From: Octopus sinensis
Taxonomy: Eukaryota
Length of the DNA: 64,000 nt
Assembly (NCBI RefSeq): GCF_006345805.1
Contig: NC_043011.1
Coordinates: 52,340,464-52,404,463 of the forward strand
Reading direction: 5' to 3'
Part shown: piece after piece, positions 1 through 12,510 of the stretch
Numbering within the stretch: the stretch's first letter is position 1
How the letters are laid out: each line of letters begins with the position of its first letter
The notes under the pieces: generated by a model
What the model was told of the DNA's origin: nothing
Seen by the model: the letters and a program-made list of their open reading frames with translations, nothing else
Database searches by the model: none
Program-made: the position numbers and the translations under genes

Positions 1-892
1 GAGCCTGGTGCAGCCTCCTGGTTTCCCAGACCCCGGTCGAACCATCCAACCCATGCTAGCATGGAAAACGGATGTTAAATGATGATGATGATATTTGTCA
101 AATTTGGGTCAGTTTGTCTTCATGACCTGTTCTGTCAATCCCACTCGATGAACCCACCTTTGGTCTCAATAACAATCTCCAGGAGACCTTAGAATCAACA
201 ACAGGCCTTCATCACTATCACCTGTTTTAGGCTCTTGAAGGCCATGGTAATCCTGGTGCATTCCTCACTCAGCTGAGAGAGCTTAGTCTTGTGGGCTCAT
301 GGGTGCTGGTGCCACATAAAAGCATTCAGTACACCCTGTTAAGTGGTTGGTGTTAGGAAGGGCATCCAGCCATAGAAACCACACCAAAATAGATTACTAG
401 AGCCCAGGCAGCTCTCCAGCTGGCCAATTCCTGTCAAACCAGCATGGAGATCAGGCGTTAAATGACGATGTTGACTTGTCCATTGAGATGTTGTGTGTCT
501 TGACCAAGGTTACATTATATGCCCCTGGGAATGTGGTCATAGCTATTGATATCATCTGGGAATTTTAATACCACCATCAACACTATTAATTTGGACATCT
601 GTAACTCTTGGGTGGTAATGATGGAGGTGGCTGAAGTGAGGATGAGGAAATTGGCAGTGATGGCAGTGGTGTTAGTGGTTATGGTGGCGATGATGACAAT
701 GATGATGGAGGGGGTTTCATGATATGTATTCAAGAATTATGCTTACAACAGCCTTTACTACAGAAGGAAATCAAAGACATTACTGACATCTTTAACAATG
801 AAACAATGTTATGAAGTTTAATAAATTCATGCATCATAACAAAAATAAGAATATACATAAAACAGAATTTCAATAGATCGCGAATTTCAATT

Positions 893-1125
893 GGTGGTGA
901 GCTGGCAGAATCGTTAACATGCTGGGTGAAATGCTTAACGGTATTTCGTCTGCCACTATGTTCTGAGTTCAAATTCCGCCGAGGTTGACTTTGCCTTTCA
1001 TCCTTTCGGGGTCGATAAATTAAATACCAGTTACGCACTAGGGTCGATATAATCTACTTAATCTCTTTGTCTGTCCTTGTTTGTCCACTCTATGTTTAGC
1101 CCCTTGTGGGCAATAAAGAAATAAG
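893..1125 (+). mobile_element. tRNA-derived SINE family 1 (central GCCTTTCATCCTTTCGGGGTCGATAAA domain)
   Basis: A/B boxes TGGCAGAATCG and GAGTTCAAATTCC; flanking 16-bp repeat agaatttcaatagatc. Other copies at ~2510-2723, 30930-31163, 41234-41464, 61653-61886 (+) and 56652-56863, 57880-58020 (-), plus degenerate copies. Confidence 0.9.
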
Positions 1126-1527
1126 AATTTCAATAGATCCCATTAGTAAATATCAGGGATTTTTACCTATGGACCACTTTGATTATTATTTTACTCTACT
1201 GGACTCTCATAGCCTTTTGATGTTTAAAAAAATTCAATTATATTTTTATAATCAAATATTATTGGGAATTGTATAAAAATTTGTTAGAATATTTTGTGTT
1301 TTGTAGAAATATGACCCATTTATTGTACATTAAATTTTAAAAACTAGTTTATATGAATGAACATGCACACACATATACACACATACACATATTCTTGCAT
1401 CAGTCACCAAAGGAAACAAAAAGAGTCAGCCTTCTAAATTCTTTATTTTTCTACAATTCGCTTGCTTTTTCTATTCAATATTTTTATTAATTCCTTTTTT
1501 TTTCTCTCTGTCACTCCATCTTTTCAG

Positions 1528-1910
1528 ACAAGTACAGAGAGGACAAGACTTTGATGGTGAGACCAGGACAAAAGGAAGCCAAGAATCTCTGCTTGATTCA
1601 TCTTCTCACTCAATGGTGACAACATTGACACAATCCCCAAAACAGAGACCTGCTAGTAAGGTCACCAATTCCAAAAGTTCTAACATCAGTAATGGTAACG
1701 TTGCAACCACAGTCACACCTGACCGGCTGTCACCTGCTCCGGCCTCTGCTTTAGAACGTCTCGACTCCCTTATAAAAGGGGTCCCACCTACTAACTCTTG
1801 TCATCCACCTAAAGAGGATATCTCCCCTCCTCCCACTGCTAAAGTTACTATGAAGAAAAAACCACAAATGCCAGAATACACTGAAGAAAAACCTGAAGTC
1901 TCATTACGAG
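1528..1910 (+). CDS. Internal exon A of a large unidentified gene (Ser/Pro-rich disordered region; upstream exons lie outside the window)
   Basis: Acceptor ccatcttttcag|A at 1527/1528 and donor CGAG|gtgag at 1910/1911. Open frame QVQRGQDFDGETR...KPEVSLR; phase 2 in, phase 1 out, matching the next exon. Confidence 0.8.
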
Positions 1911-1959
1911 GTGAGAATTGGTTTTGCAAATTTTTTTGTTTTTGATAATCCATTATTGT

Positions 1960-2190
1960 CTTCCTCCTCCTTTTCTCTTTCTTCACTTTTTTTCTTTTTT
2001 CTTCTGTTTCTTCTCTGCCCCCTCTTCCATCTTTTTTTGCCTTTTCCCTTCTTTCTCGTCTTTCTTTTTCTTTCATTCATTTTTCTTTCTTTCATTCTTC
2101 TCTTTTCTTTTTTCTTTCCCTCCTCACTTCTTTTCCTCTTCTTCACTCTTCCTTTTCTCCCTCTGCCTCTTCTTTCTTCCCCTCCTCCAA
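1960..2190. repeat. Polypyrimidine (CT/T-rich) low-complexity tract
   Basis: Almost purine-free on the + strand; the source of several spurious ORFs. Confidence 0.9.
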
Positions 2191-3483
2191 CTGTTACCAT
2201 ATCTTTTTTGTTATTGTCAGATAACAGTGTATTTAGGACTACATTATCTAATTTGTCATTCCTTTATCTTAAGACCATAAAGGTGTGATTTAATGGCGAT
2301 TGAGCTATTATTTTTAGCACATCAAGCATCTGTGCAGAAGCTCTCATCTTGAACCATGGTTAGTGATAGTTGTTATTCTTGTTTAACCCCAGGCTGGTCC
2401 TAACTAGCCCCATTATATCAAGGTCACCTTAACCACATTACAAGCCCCCAGGAAAATCAAATGCACTTGGCTCTACAGTGTTTATTTATTGACAGCAAGC
2501 CACAGCATACACTGGCAGAAACGTTAGCACACCAGGCGGTATTTCATCTGCTGTTACGTTCTGAGTTCAAATTCCACCAAGGTCGACTTTGCCTTTCATC
2601 CTTTCGGGGTTGATAAATTAAGTACCAGTTACATATTGGCATCGATGTAATCGACTTAATCCTTTTGTTTGTCCTTGTTTGTCCCCTCCGTGTTTAGCCC
2701 CTTGTGGGCAATAAAGAAATAAGATTGGTCCCTTAGACTTCCAAGAGCATCAGGCAACTGCCCAGTGTCCCCATATCTTAAGATGACATTGCATTGAATT
2801 CTCTGTTTTGATTAGATATGGTGTGTCCAAGGTGAAGGTGTGTGGTTAAGTGATCAGGGCATTTAGGCTCAAAATTGTAAGGTCTTGAGTTTGATGCCTG
2901 GTGGTATGTGGGGATCTTTGTGGTTTTCATCACTGTCTACAATTTTGTTCCAATTGTCTTCAGATTTGGTATATTGATTAAGTTTTGTATGCTAATTATG
3001 AAAAGGAAATTCATTTTCCCTATAAGTCCATAATTAAAAAGTAATTAGCCTTTACAATTTGCAAAATTTGGGTATTTTAACCAATCAGAAGCAAGTATTT
3101 TACATGTCACCATGGCAAAAATTTCCATTTCCATAGTAACCAAAGCAAAGAAGCACCATGTGTTGCATAGCTGATTGCGAGGAACTGTTTCCATAGAAAC
3201 CAAAGATGCTGTGCATGTGCACAAGGCGGAGAAGGAGATATGAGAAAGATGATTTATTTTATAAAATCCTAGTTTAATGTTTTGACATGCTGATGCCCCC
3301 CTCCCCGCTGGTGATGGAAGAGACAGCAAACATGCTGTTTTCTGATTGGCTGAAAATTCTGAAAATTACCAAATTTTAAATACCTGTAACATTTTTGCAA
3401 ATCTTTTTTTAGAATAAATGAATAACAAATTCGGATTCATTGTCAAAAATTACATCTTTATGATAATAATAATAATAATAAAT

Positions 3484-3729
3484 GCCCCCTTTTAAAGCCT
3501 AGCCAGGCTCATGGGCCCAGTTTCCCAGTTTCAATGGCGTATGTGTTCCCCAGCTGGATGGGACGCCAGTCCATCGCAGCGTTACTCATTTTTGCCAGCT
3601 GAGTAGACTGGAGCAACGTGAAATGAAGTGTTTTGCTCAAGAGCACAACGTGTCGCCCGGTCCAGGAATCGAAACCACAATCTTACAATCATGATTGCTG
3701 ACACCCTAACCACTAAGCCACGCACCTCC
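3484..3729 (-). mobile_element. tRNA-derived CORE-like SINE
   Basis: Head ggaggtgcgtggcttagtggttagg...gtttcgattcc, then gtgctcttgagcaaaacacttcatttcacgttgctccagtc. A related body lies at ~3808-4030 (+). Confidence 0.7.
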
Positions 3730-5464
3730 ACACATCATTATGATACATTAAAAAATTTTTTTGAAGATAATTGTAAATAGTGACAAAAACCAAAAAGATA
3801 CGTATATTGTGTCCTTGAGCAAGACACTTTATTTCACATTGCTCCAGTCCAATCAGCTGGCTTAAAATGAATTGTACCGATAATTCAAATGGGCCAACTT
3901 TGTCACATCCTGTGTCATACTGAATGTCTCTGAGAACTATGTTAAGAGTATGCTTGTCTGCTGAGTGCTCTGCCACTTGCATGTTATTTCAAGAGCAGAC
4001 TGTTCCATTGATTGGATCAACTTTAGAACACTTGTTGTTGTAACCAACAGAACGCTGGTAGTAGGTGTATGCAGAACTATAATATGTTATGTGCTCTTTC
4101 TTTGTAAGATGGTAGAATGTTATTTGGAAAAGATTTTGCTGCTCTTTCTAGTAGGTCAAGCAACCATATAAAGTCTTCCCGTTTGACAGAGTTTATATCA
4201 GTTACATTTATGTATTTTAGAAGTGTAGGTCACAAACAGAAGAGAGGGAGTGAGAGAGAGAGAGACCAGAGGAGGTAGTTGTTGAGAGGAAGACACAGAA
4301 TGTTCTCAATAGATAATGTGTGAAATAAAAGGAGAGAGAGAGAAAAGCAGCTTTTGAGAGAAAGAGAGTGAGATTAAGAGAGAGAGAGGAGGAGGGGAAA
4401 GAAAGAGACCAGCTGTTAATGTGTAGGTGGAAGTCATATTAAAAGTCTAGTTGTGTCAAGTAAGGGTAAGATAAAAACAAAATCAGGGAAAGAGGGCAGG
4501 AGAGCATGAGTTTATAAGAGAGAGAGGGGAGAAAAAGTAAAGGGAAAGCATAAGGTTATGAGAGAGAGAGAGAAAAGTATAAAAGTTGTTTCAGAGGAAG
4601 AAAGCATCTAAGCATCATGACAAAAGGAGAAAGGGTGTAAAAGATAGGAAAAAAATACGAGATATAATGATGAGGTCAAATAACAATTATACAACAAACA
4701 TGTATGGCTCCTATGAGTTCAACAAGAGAAAACCTTTAGCATTCAGAGGCAGATTTTCTACAACTGGATACTTTGCATGTTACCAACCCTTACCTGTTTC
4801 CAAGGATTGCTAGACATATTTTTGCAACCTATCAGAAATGAATTACACTGCGCGCACACACACGCACACTCACACACACACACACACACACAACACACAA
4901 CAGTGACCCCAATACTTATTTTTTAAACTTGGTACTTATTCTATTGATCACTTTTGCTGAAACGCTAAGTTACATAGATGTAAACAAGCCAAACATCAGT
5001 TGTTAACTGTTAGGGAGGAGGCATACTCACAGACATATATGCGCATATACATACACACATCCATACAATGAGCTTCTGCGCAGTTTCTGTCTACCAAATC
5101 CACTCACAAGGCATTGCTTGGTCAGGGGCTTTAGTAGAGAACACTTGCCCAAGATGTCATGCAATAGGATTGACCCTTAAACCTTCATACAGCCATGTTT
5201 ACACCTAATAAATTTTTTTAAATACTCAAATTTTTTCCAGTCCAAAATTTACAGCCAAAAAAAGCTAGGTTGGTTTTGGAGACAACTTTGGAGGACCAAA
5301 AATTCCATGTGAAATGAAGCAGGAATTGGAAAGATAGTGACGATGCTTGGATGTTTACACTACATTTTTGCTCTACACACTACATTGATTATTTTCCTAA
5401 ATAACAGTAAATGTATTTGAGCCATAATTGTTCATAGTCAAACACTGTCTGTCTGTCTTTTCAG

Positions 5465-5659
5465 ATGCTTCAGAGATTGCTGCTTCTAAAATAAAAACTA
5501 TTGAACAACCCACTCCAGTGCTACATATCATGAACAATTTAAACGAAATGAAAAACAATCAGGAGAAAGTAACGGCCAAGACAGCTCTTCCGATTCCTTC
5601 TGACCAAATGAAGTGCAACATCTTAAAGGCTAAACAACTTGAAGAACAAGCTCATTCAG
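5465..5659 (+). CDS. Internal exon B of the same gene
   Basis: Acceptor gtcttttcag|AT and donor TCAG|gttag. (D)ASEIAASK...EEQAHS; phase 1 in, phase 1 out. Confidence 0.8.
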
Positions 5660-5789
5660 GTTAGTCAGTGTTTGGCTTCTTTTGTTGATAGCACTAACAA
5701 CAAACAGGGAATGGGCAAACAAAAGTGGAGCCTTGCTATGGTGAGTTCAATTGCATGGCAGCTGTATGATATACAGTGTTGCCTTTGTT

Positions 5790-6691
5790 GCCTCTATTTC
5801 AAGCAGACCTGCACACAATGCAGCAGTGGATCATGGACTGGCAACTCAAGCTGGCTGTGGACAAATGCACCACCATGCATTTTGGGAGGAGAAACCCAGC
5901 GTCCACTTACTCCCTCCACAACACTAATCTCAAAAAGTCTTCGTGTGAACGTGACCTGGGTGTTATTGTCGACAGCGATTTGCGTTGGACAAAACACATC
6001 GCTAAAATTGCCAAGAAGGCTGAGGGTGCCTTGGCATCACTCACCAAGTCCTTTGGGAGCCGCTCTCCGGCTATCTATCTGCGGCTTTATATAGCTATGG
6101 TACGACCTCACCTGGAATTTGCATCACCGATCTGGAACCCCTATCTTGCCCAGGATATTAATCGTCTGGAAGCTGTTCAGCGACGTGCAACCAAAAGAAT
6201 ACCCTCCATCATTTTCCATATTCTGAGCGCCTTACTTCCCTAGGCATGGACACATTGAAACTCCAAAGTCTGGCAGCTGACTTGGCAGACACCCATAAAA
6301 TTATTAACCAACTTACAAACAATAACTCTGAGCACCTTTTCAAACTCCACCTGTCTAACACCCGTGGACATGTTTACAAAGTCAGAAAACAGCACAGCTC
6401 TCATGACTTTCGGAAACATTTTTTCACACTAAGAGTTGCTGAAGCATGGAACAAACTGCTGGCATCAGTTGTTAGTTGTCGGAGCACTGCATCCTTCAAA
6501 ACTTCCATGCTTCCTGAGATTCGCCAACACTACACCTGATTTTCTCCCCTCCATACACACACAAGCATGTATCTGACTCATACATGGTTCACTTTCCAGA
6601 CATTTATACATTACTGCATATACTTTATATGCACTTTTTGACAAGTTGTGGTGCACCTGAGCACTGTATACAATAATTTCATTATTATTAT
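5790..6691 (+). mobile_element. 5'-truncated CR1/L2-clade LINE (family B): RT C-terminus, 3'UTR and (ATT)n tail
   Basis: ORFs 5776-6243 and 6246-6539 carry RDLGVIVDSDL, VRPHLEFASPIWNP, LEAVQRRATK, TRGH...K and RVAEAWNKL. Flanked by a 95-bp direct repeat. Confidence 0.92.
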
Positions 6692-8101
6692 TAACAACAA
6701 ACAGGGAATGAGCAAACAAAAGTGGATCCTTGCTATGGAGAGTTCAATTGCATGGCAGCTGTATGATATACAGTGTTGCCTCTGTTAATATGGCAAGTAA
6801 CGAAACAGAGCAGTGGGATGAAAGAAATCCTCATCACCAACCTTTTAAGTAATGTAGTCTCAGGTTCAGTCCCATTGCACAACACCTTGGATAAGTGTCT
6901 TCTACAATAACTCTGTGTTAGCCACAACCTTGTGAGTGCTTTGATAGAGTGAAACTAGAAGAAGTAGAAACTTGACAAATACATGTGTGTGTGTGCGTGT
7001 ACCCTCGACTTAACATTACGTGATCGTTGTAAGAGAATATCACTGTCATACAAGCAAAGCTGTTTGTTTCCAGTCTTCTGTGAAAAACATGTTTGGCAGC
7101 CACAGGGGAAGTATTACCTTGCATGGAAATTTGAGGGTTGGCTACTGGAAGGGCATCTGACCATAGAAAAACTGCCTCAGCGAATCCTATCTGACACATG
7201 CAAGCTTGAAAAAGTGAATGTTAAAACGATGATGATGATGGTTTTTGAGCCAAGAAGAAAGCCTCAATATGCTAGAAATAGCAGTCAAGTTTTCTTCAGA
7301 TCAGATGCTGTTCTTTTGAAGAAGACAAAGACACTGGATAATGTAGTCCTATATATACACATATATACACAATTGGAATGTTTTTGATCACAGGTCTACT
7401 GGATCAGGGCTAACCTGAAGTTAAACAACAATGGAGCCTCTAAATGGTTTGCTTGACTTGCTTGAAATAGCAGCCAATTCTCTTTCAATTTACATCCTGT
7501 TGCTTTTATTTATTTTTTTCTTAGCAGAGAAGGCAGTGCTCATGACCCTTCACAGGGCCTCAGAGTGGTGGCAGAAAGGAAGTGGGGAGAATGATATTTT
7601 CAAACCAAACCTGATCTGAATGCTTACAACATAGCTGTGTCGACTAAAGGTACCCAAGGACCAAATGGTGGTGTTAAACTAGGCAATGAATTAAGTCTGT
7701 AGTAGTAAGATATTTGGCTGCTATTTCTAGCAGGTTAACCATGTAAGGGCTCCTTCATTGGCTCCTGCATTCTTCGAAATTTGTTGGTGGTGGTGTTATT
7801 ATTTAGCCTTAGGTCTGTCTTAACAGAACCGACAGCTCTCCGATTAAAAGGCAATCCAGCCATGACTATTCTGTCATTCCTGGTATAGTGTAACCTGGTT
7901 AACATTAGCCAATGCTTCTTTTTATAAGACAATAGCTTGTAGTTCAAAGGAGATTTGGCTGTTATTACTAGCATGTTGAGTGACCATATAGAATCTACCT
8001 AATTTGTTGTTTCTTTTGCTGTTATTTTTTGTGGTTGTTTCTGCTCATCTTTTGTTGTCAGTTTTATCAAAGTAAATCTCTTGTAATTTCTTTTGTTCCA
8101 G

Positions 8102-8135
8102 TGAAAACAGAAGTTATCACAGAATTCTCTGCCAA
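8102..8135 (+). CDS. 34-nt micro-exon C of the same gene
   Basis: Long pyrimidine tract ttcttttgttccag| and consensus donor |gtaagt. VKTEVITEFSA(K); converts phase 1 to phase 2, as the next exon requires. Confidence 0.75.
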
Positions 8136-8198
8136 GTAAGTTACTCATTAACACAGCTTTAATTAATTAATTAAATACTTCCAACCCTCTATGCATAT

Positions 8199-8257
<59 letters not shown>

Positions 8258-8972
8258 ATCTGTGTATGTTTGTGTATGTGCATCTTAGTTTGTGTTCGGT
8301 ATCTTTTTTGTTTCCCCCTCTGTTCAGTGATGGAAATATATGCAGTACCCAGGGGTATGGCACTCCCCTACTTTTCAACTCTTAGAGAAGGGTAGCTCAT
8401 AGTACCTACTCCTACTCTTTCAGCCTCAGTCTTTTGGACCTTAACCATACCCCTTGCTTCTAATACCGATTTCCACCACTGCCTATGTTCATTTACAAAC
8501 CTCCTCCTCTATGAAGCTGGTGGTTTAGGGTCCACATGTTGCATGGTCTTTAATTAACTGTACGGTGTTGTGGCAGTTTACCTGTTGACCCTCTTTTGGC
8601 ATGCGTCACACTTATTTGCATTGATTCTTGTGTTTCACATACACTGTAAGGGGAAGGGAGAGGGTTCAACTCAGCAAAGTTTGAGAAATAATTTTGATTC
8701 CTTGGACAAACAACAGATCTCAAATGATTTGAATTGAGTGCTTTAAGAATAGATAGTTCCCTGTTGATTTTGGACATACAAATTCTTCCACGAGAAAAAA
8801 AATGTTTAAAAAATGTATAAACAAAGTTGGGGAGGAAGGGTAGAGGGAAGAAAGAGTAAAAAAAATGTGATACGTTTATTTTTTTTTTGTCCTTTATTTT
8901 TTTTTTGTCTCACAACTCCACATTTGCATTAAAGTATTTGTTACCAGTATTATGAGGTGATCTTCATTTCAG

Positions 8973-9158
8973 AGCTGAGATATCTAACAATGAAGAGGAT
9001 GCTTACGATGATGTTGATGTTGACAATGATAACGATGATGTCACTGACGCTGCAAACTCTTCAACAACTTCTAGCGCTAATATTATGTCTGATAATGGAC
9101 TGCAGGGAGAACACACTGAAGATGCCTTCTCAACCAATTGTAACTCTAATGAGAAAAG
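8973..9158 (+). CDS. Internal exon D (acidic) of the same gene
   Basis: Acceptor cttcatttcag|A and donor AAAG|gtatct. AEISNNEEDAYDDVDVDND...NSNEK; phase 2 in, phase 2 out. Confidence 0.75.
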
Positions 9159-9666
9159 GTATCTACATACTGCCCCTTTGGTAAATCTGGCGCTAACCTT
9201 AGATCTTAGAAAAGCCAGCCAGCCAACCAGCTATAGCCATTAACAACCAAGTAGTCTTCAGCAAACTAATTTAGATGCTACTCATTATTATTATTATTAT
9301 TACTAATTATCATTATTGATACTACTACTACTACTTTCTTCTTTTTGCAAATTAAACTGCTTCATTAATTAACATATGCTCGTTCACATCAGCAGCTTGT
9401 TTATATGTTGGATCCGAGATCAATGAACCATCAGAGACAACGTGACTAATGATGCGTGATGATTGAAGGATTTGCAAAAAGATGGTTTTATTAACAGAAA
9501 AATGTAGAAACTGCTGAAAATTCTCAGCAACATTTTTACTTCTGCTGTTGCTAACCAATATTAACATTAACTGTTTGTGCTCATTACTAATGTAAATACT
9601 AATGATTTACTAATTAACTGCTTCAATACTTTAACATATACTAACCATGGTGATAGGTTTGTGTGG

Positions 9667-9706
<40 letters not shown>

Positions 9707-9926
9707 TTTAATTTAGAGTATCTAAGAGATACCACCATGCTGGAAATAGCAGTCAAAACTTGACTCTAAAACCACATTAAATGTTCATACAGCACCAGGA
9801 GAGAAGACAAAGAGACAAAATAAACTAGCAAAATAATTACTGGATAATTCCAGATCCTAGATTTCTGGCTCTTCATAAGAAATGCTCTGCCTTCATCAGT
9901 GGAATATACTCAGATAGCACATAAAT

Positions 9927-9971
<45 letters not shown>

Positions 9972-10059
9972 ACATACGATATACTTACATACACAAATGT
10001 ATGTATACATTCGTGTATGTATATATATTATATTTGTATTTATGTGCTATCTGAGTATA

Positions 10060-10116
10060 TTCCACTGATGAAGGCAGAGCATTTCTTATGCAGAGTCAGA
10101 AATCCGGGATCTGGAA
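10060..10116 (+). ncRNA. Hammerhead-like motif in an 87-bp inverted repeat (antisense twin in 9848-9904)
   Basis: ttcca-CTGATGA-A-ggc..gcat(ttctt)atgc..gtc-A-GAAA-tcc g gga-TC-tggaa; AUC triplet at 10109-10111. Confidence 0.65.
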
Positions 10117-10403
10117 ATATAAGTCTGAGGTGACTGCATGAAATGATTTAAACCAGCCTTAGGCAAACAGCAGCCCGTGGAATCTTCTGAATGACATGCT
10201 GAAATTTCTTTAGTGGTGCAGCCCACCTGATGATGAGCCATATCTCATACAGCTCACTTCTTGAGAAAGATTGCTTGTGCTTGATTTAAGCCATAACTGG
10301 GTGCGGATTCCAGAAGAAAGCACTTCTGGTGAGAAAAAGTTGGAAAGATACTTAACTCGTCATTTGGTGTATACCATCACCTGGTCCTTGATTACCTTTA
10401 GTG

Positions 10404-10658
10404 CAGTGTTTCTTAACCATTTTTTGCCTATAGACTCTTTTTTACTCTACTGGATCTCCCTATGTTTTACTCTACTGGATCTTATTTTACTCTACTGGAT
10501 CCCCCTATATTTTTTATAATTAAATATTGTTAGGAATTGTATTTAAAAATGCTATTAAAATATTTTATGTAGAATAGAAGTGTAACTAATTTATTGCAAA
10601 TGAATTTTTAACAACAAAACTTTATACGGACCATATGGCCCTCAGTTGAGAACTACTG
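10404..10658. mobile_element. hAT-superfamily MITE
   Basis: TIRs CAGTGTTTCTTAAC...GTTGAGAACTACTG with a perfect 8-bp TSD CTTTAGTG (10396-10403 and 10659-10666). A related fragment lies near 1170-1330. Confidence 0.88.
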
Positions 10659-11952
10659 CTTTAGTGGAATCCACTCTGATGCAAGCATTCAAGCCAGGTT
10701 TCCAGTTTCAGAACTTCATCACTTTCTCCTACCAATCTTAATGGCCCTTAAAAAAAAAAACGAAAACAAGGTTATGAGTTCTTCCCTCCTCTCTTCTTTA
10801 AAGGTAACCAAAGTGGTTTGAGGACAACGGATAAGGTGGTCAAGCACAATAGGGATATTGCACAGAGTGGTGGAAATGTTTGGGGATGAGGTAGTTAGAT
10901 CATGCTTGGGCAAATAAAATGGAGCAAGGGGTTTGTTCACATTATGCAGGGTTTTTTTAGGAGCAGCACTTTGCATGTATGTTGTTGTGATTTTTTTTTA
11001 ATGAGGATGGAAGTAGGGGCTTTCAAACTCAAGACCCTACCTCCTCCCCAGGAGACACAAACTCTAGTTATACCACCACAACAAGCCCTTCTCATGTCTC
11101 TAGTTCCAGACAGACTAGATTTTGCAATGTCCTCCATGCTACCTTACTAACAACCTCACCCTTATACTTACTATACCTTCTCCATAACTATTTTGTTTTT
11201 TCTAACAATTAACCAACAATAATTCCAATCTTACAATCACTTTTTTCCAGAAAATAAAACCAGGCACAAGAAGTTTCCAGGAAAATTTCAAATTTTTATT
11301 CATAGCCTATGTTATAAGAATTTAGAAATTCACGGGACATGAAATAATTCCTTTTTCAATGGTGAAACAATTCATCCTATGTACTCTTGTACTTGTTTCA
11401 GTCATTTGACTGTGGCCATGCTGAAGCACCGCCTTTAGTCGAGCAAATCAATCCCAGGTCTTATTCTTTGTAAGCCTAGTACTTATTCTATCGGTCTCTT
11501 TTGCCGAACCACTAAGTTACAGGGACGAAAAACACACCAGTTGTCAACCGATGTTAGGGGGACAAACACAGACACACAAACATATACACACACATACACG
11601 TAAAAAGCACCCACTACACTCAAGGAGTGGTTGGCGTTAGGAAGGGCATCCAGCCGTAGAAACACTGCCAGATCAGACTGGGCCTGGTGCAGCCTTCTGG
11701 CTTCCCAGACCCCAGTTGAACCGTCCAACCCATGCTAGCATGGAAAGCGGACGCTAAATGAGGATGATGATGATAGACACATGACAGACTTCTTTCAGTT
11801 TCCATCCACCAAATCCACTCACAAGGCTTTGGTCGGCCCGAGGCTATAGTAGAAGACACTTGCCCAAGGTGCCTCGCAGTGGGATTGAACCCGGAACCAT
11901 GTGGTTCGTAAGCAAGCTACTTACCACACAGCCACTCCTACATCTATAAAAC

Positions 11953-12058
11953 AAAATATGGAATGCTTCATGAATTTGTGTGTCATCCTTGCGCAGGGGC
12001 CATGCTAATCTTCTCCGTATCGTTCCAATTTTAGAATATGTACCACCGTAACTAGTAC
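11953..12058 (-). pseudogene. U6: Full-length U6 snRNA copy, probably a retro-pseudogene
   Basis: Reverse complement GTACTAGTTACGGTGGTACATATTCTAAAATTGGAACGATACGGAGAAGATTAGCATGGCCCCTGCGCAAGGATGACACACAAATTCATGAAGCATTCCATATTTT. ACAGAGA box changed to ACGGAGA, three CG>CA changes in the 3' part, no TATA box near -30. Confidence 0.9.
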
Positions 12059-12110
12059 TTTTTATGCACTTTTGGTTACTTTTTCTGATGAGTTGCAGTG
12101 CACCTAAGCA

Positions 12111-12510
12111 TTACTCTTTACTCTTTTACTTGTTTCAGTCATTTGACTGCGGCCATGCTGGAGCACCGCCTTTAATCGAGCAACTCGACCCCGGCACTTA
12201 TTCTTTGTAAGCCCAGTACTTATTCTATCGGTCTCTTTTGCCGAACCGCTAAGTGATGGGGACATAAACACACCAGCATCGGTTGTCAAGCAATGCTAGG
12301 GGGACAAACACGGACACACAAACACACACACATACATATATATATACATATATACGACGGGCTTCTTTCAGTTTCCGTCTACCAAATCCACTCACAAGGC
12401 TTTGGTCGGCCCGAGGCTATAGTAGAAGACACTTGCCCAAGGTGCCATGCAGTGGGACTGAACCCGGAACCATGTGGTTGGTAAACAACCTACTTACCAC
12501 ACAGCCACTC
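12111..12510 (-). mobile_element. tRNA-derived SINE family 2 (central TA/CA microsatellite, (AAGAGT)n tail)
   Basis: Head gagtggctgtgtggtaag...ggttcagtccc. Other copies at 11381-11940 (split), 15450-15815, 18470-18830, 27649-28049, 38325-39140 (split), 52047-52439, 58644-59029 (-) and 50074-50499 (+). Confidence 0.9.

Noticed and set aside
1801-2288. K/R/E-rich and F/L/S-rich ORFs
   Set aside because: Translations of the intronic polypyrimidine tract.
10222-10270. CTGATGA plus a tgagc/gctca stem
   Set aside because: Eight extra bases before the nearest GAAA and no cleavage-site helix.
12085-12112. CTGATGAG next to U6 as a hammerhead core
   Set aside because: No stem II-GAAA; better explained as a CR1 3' tail.
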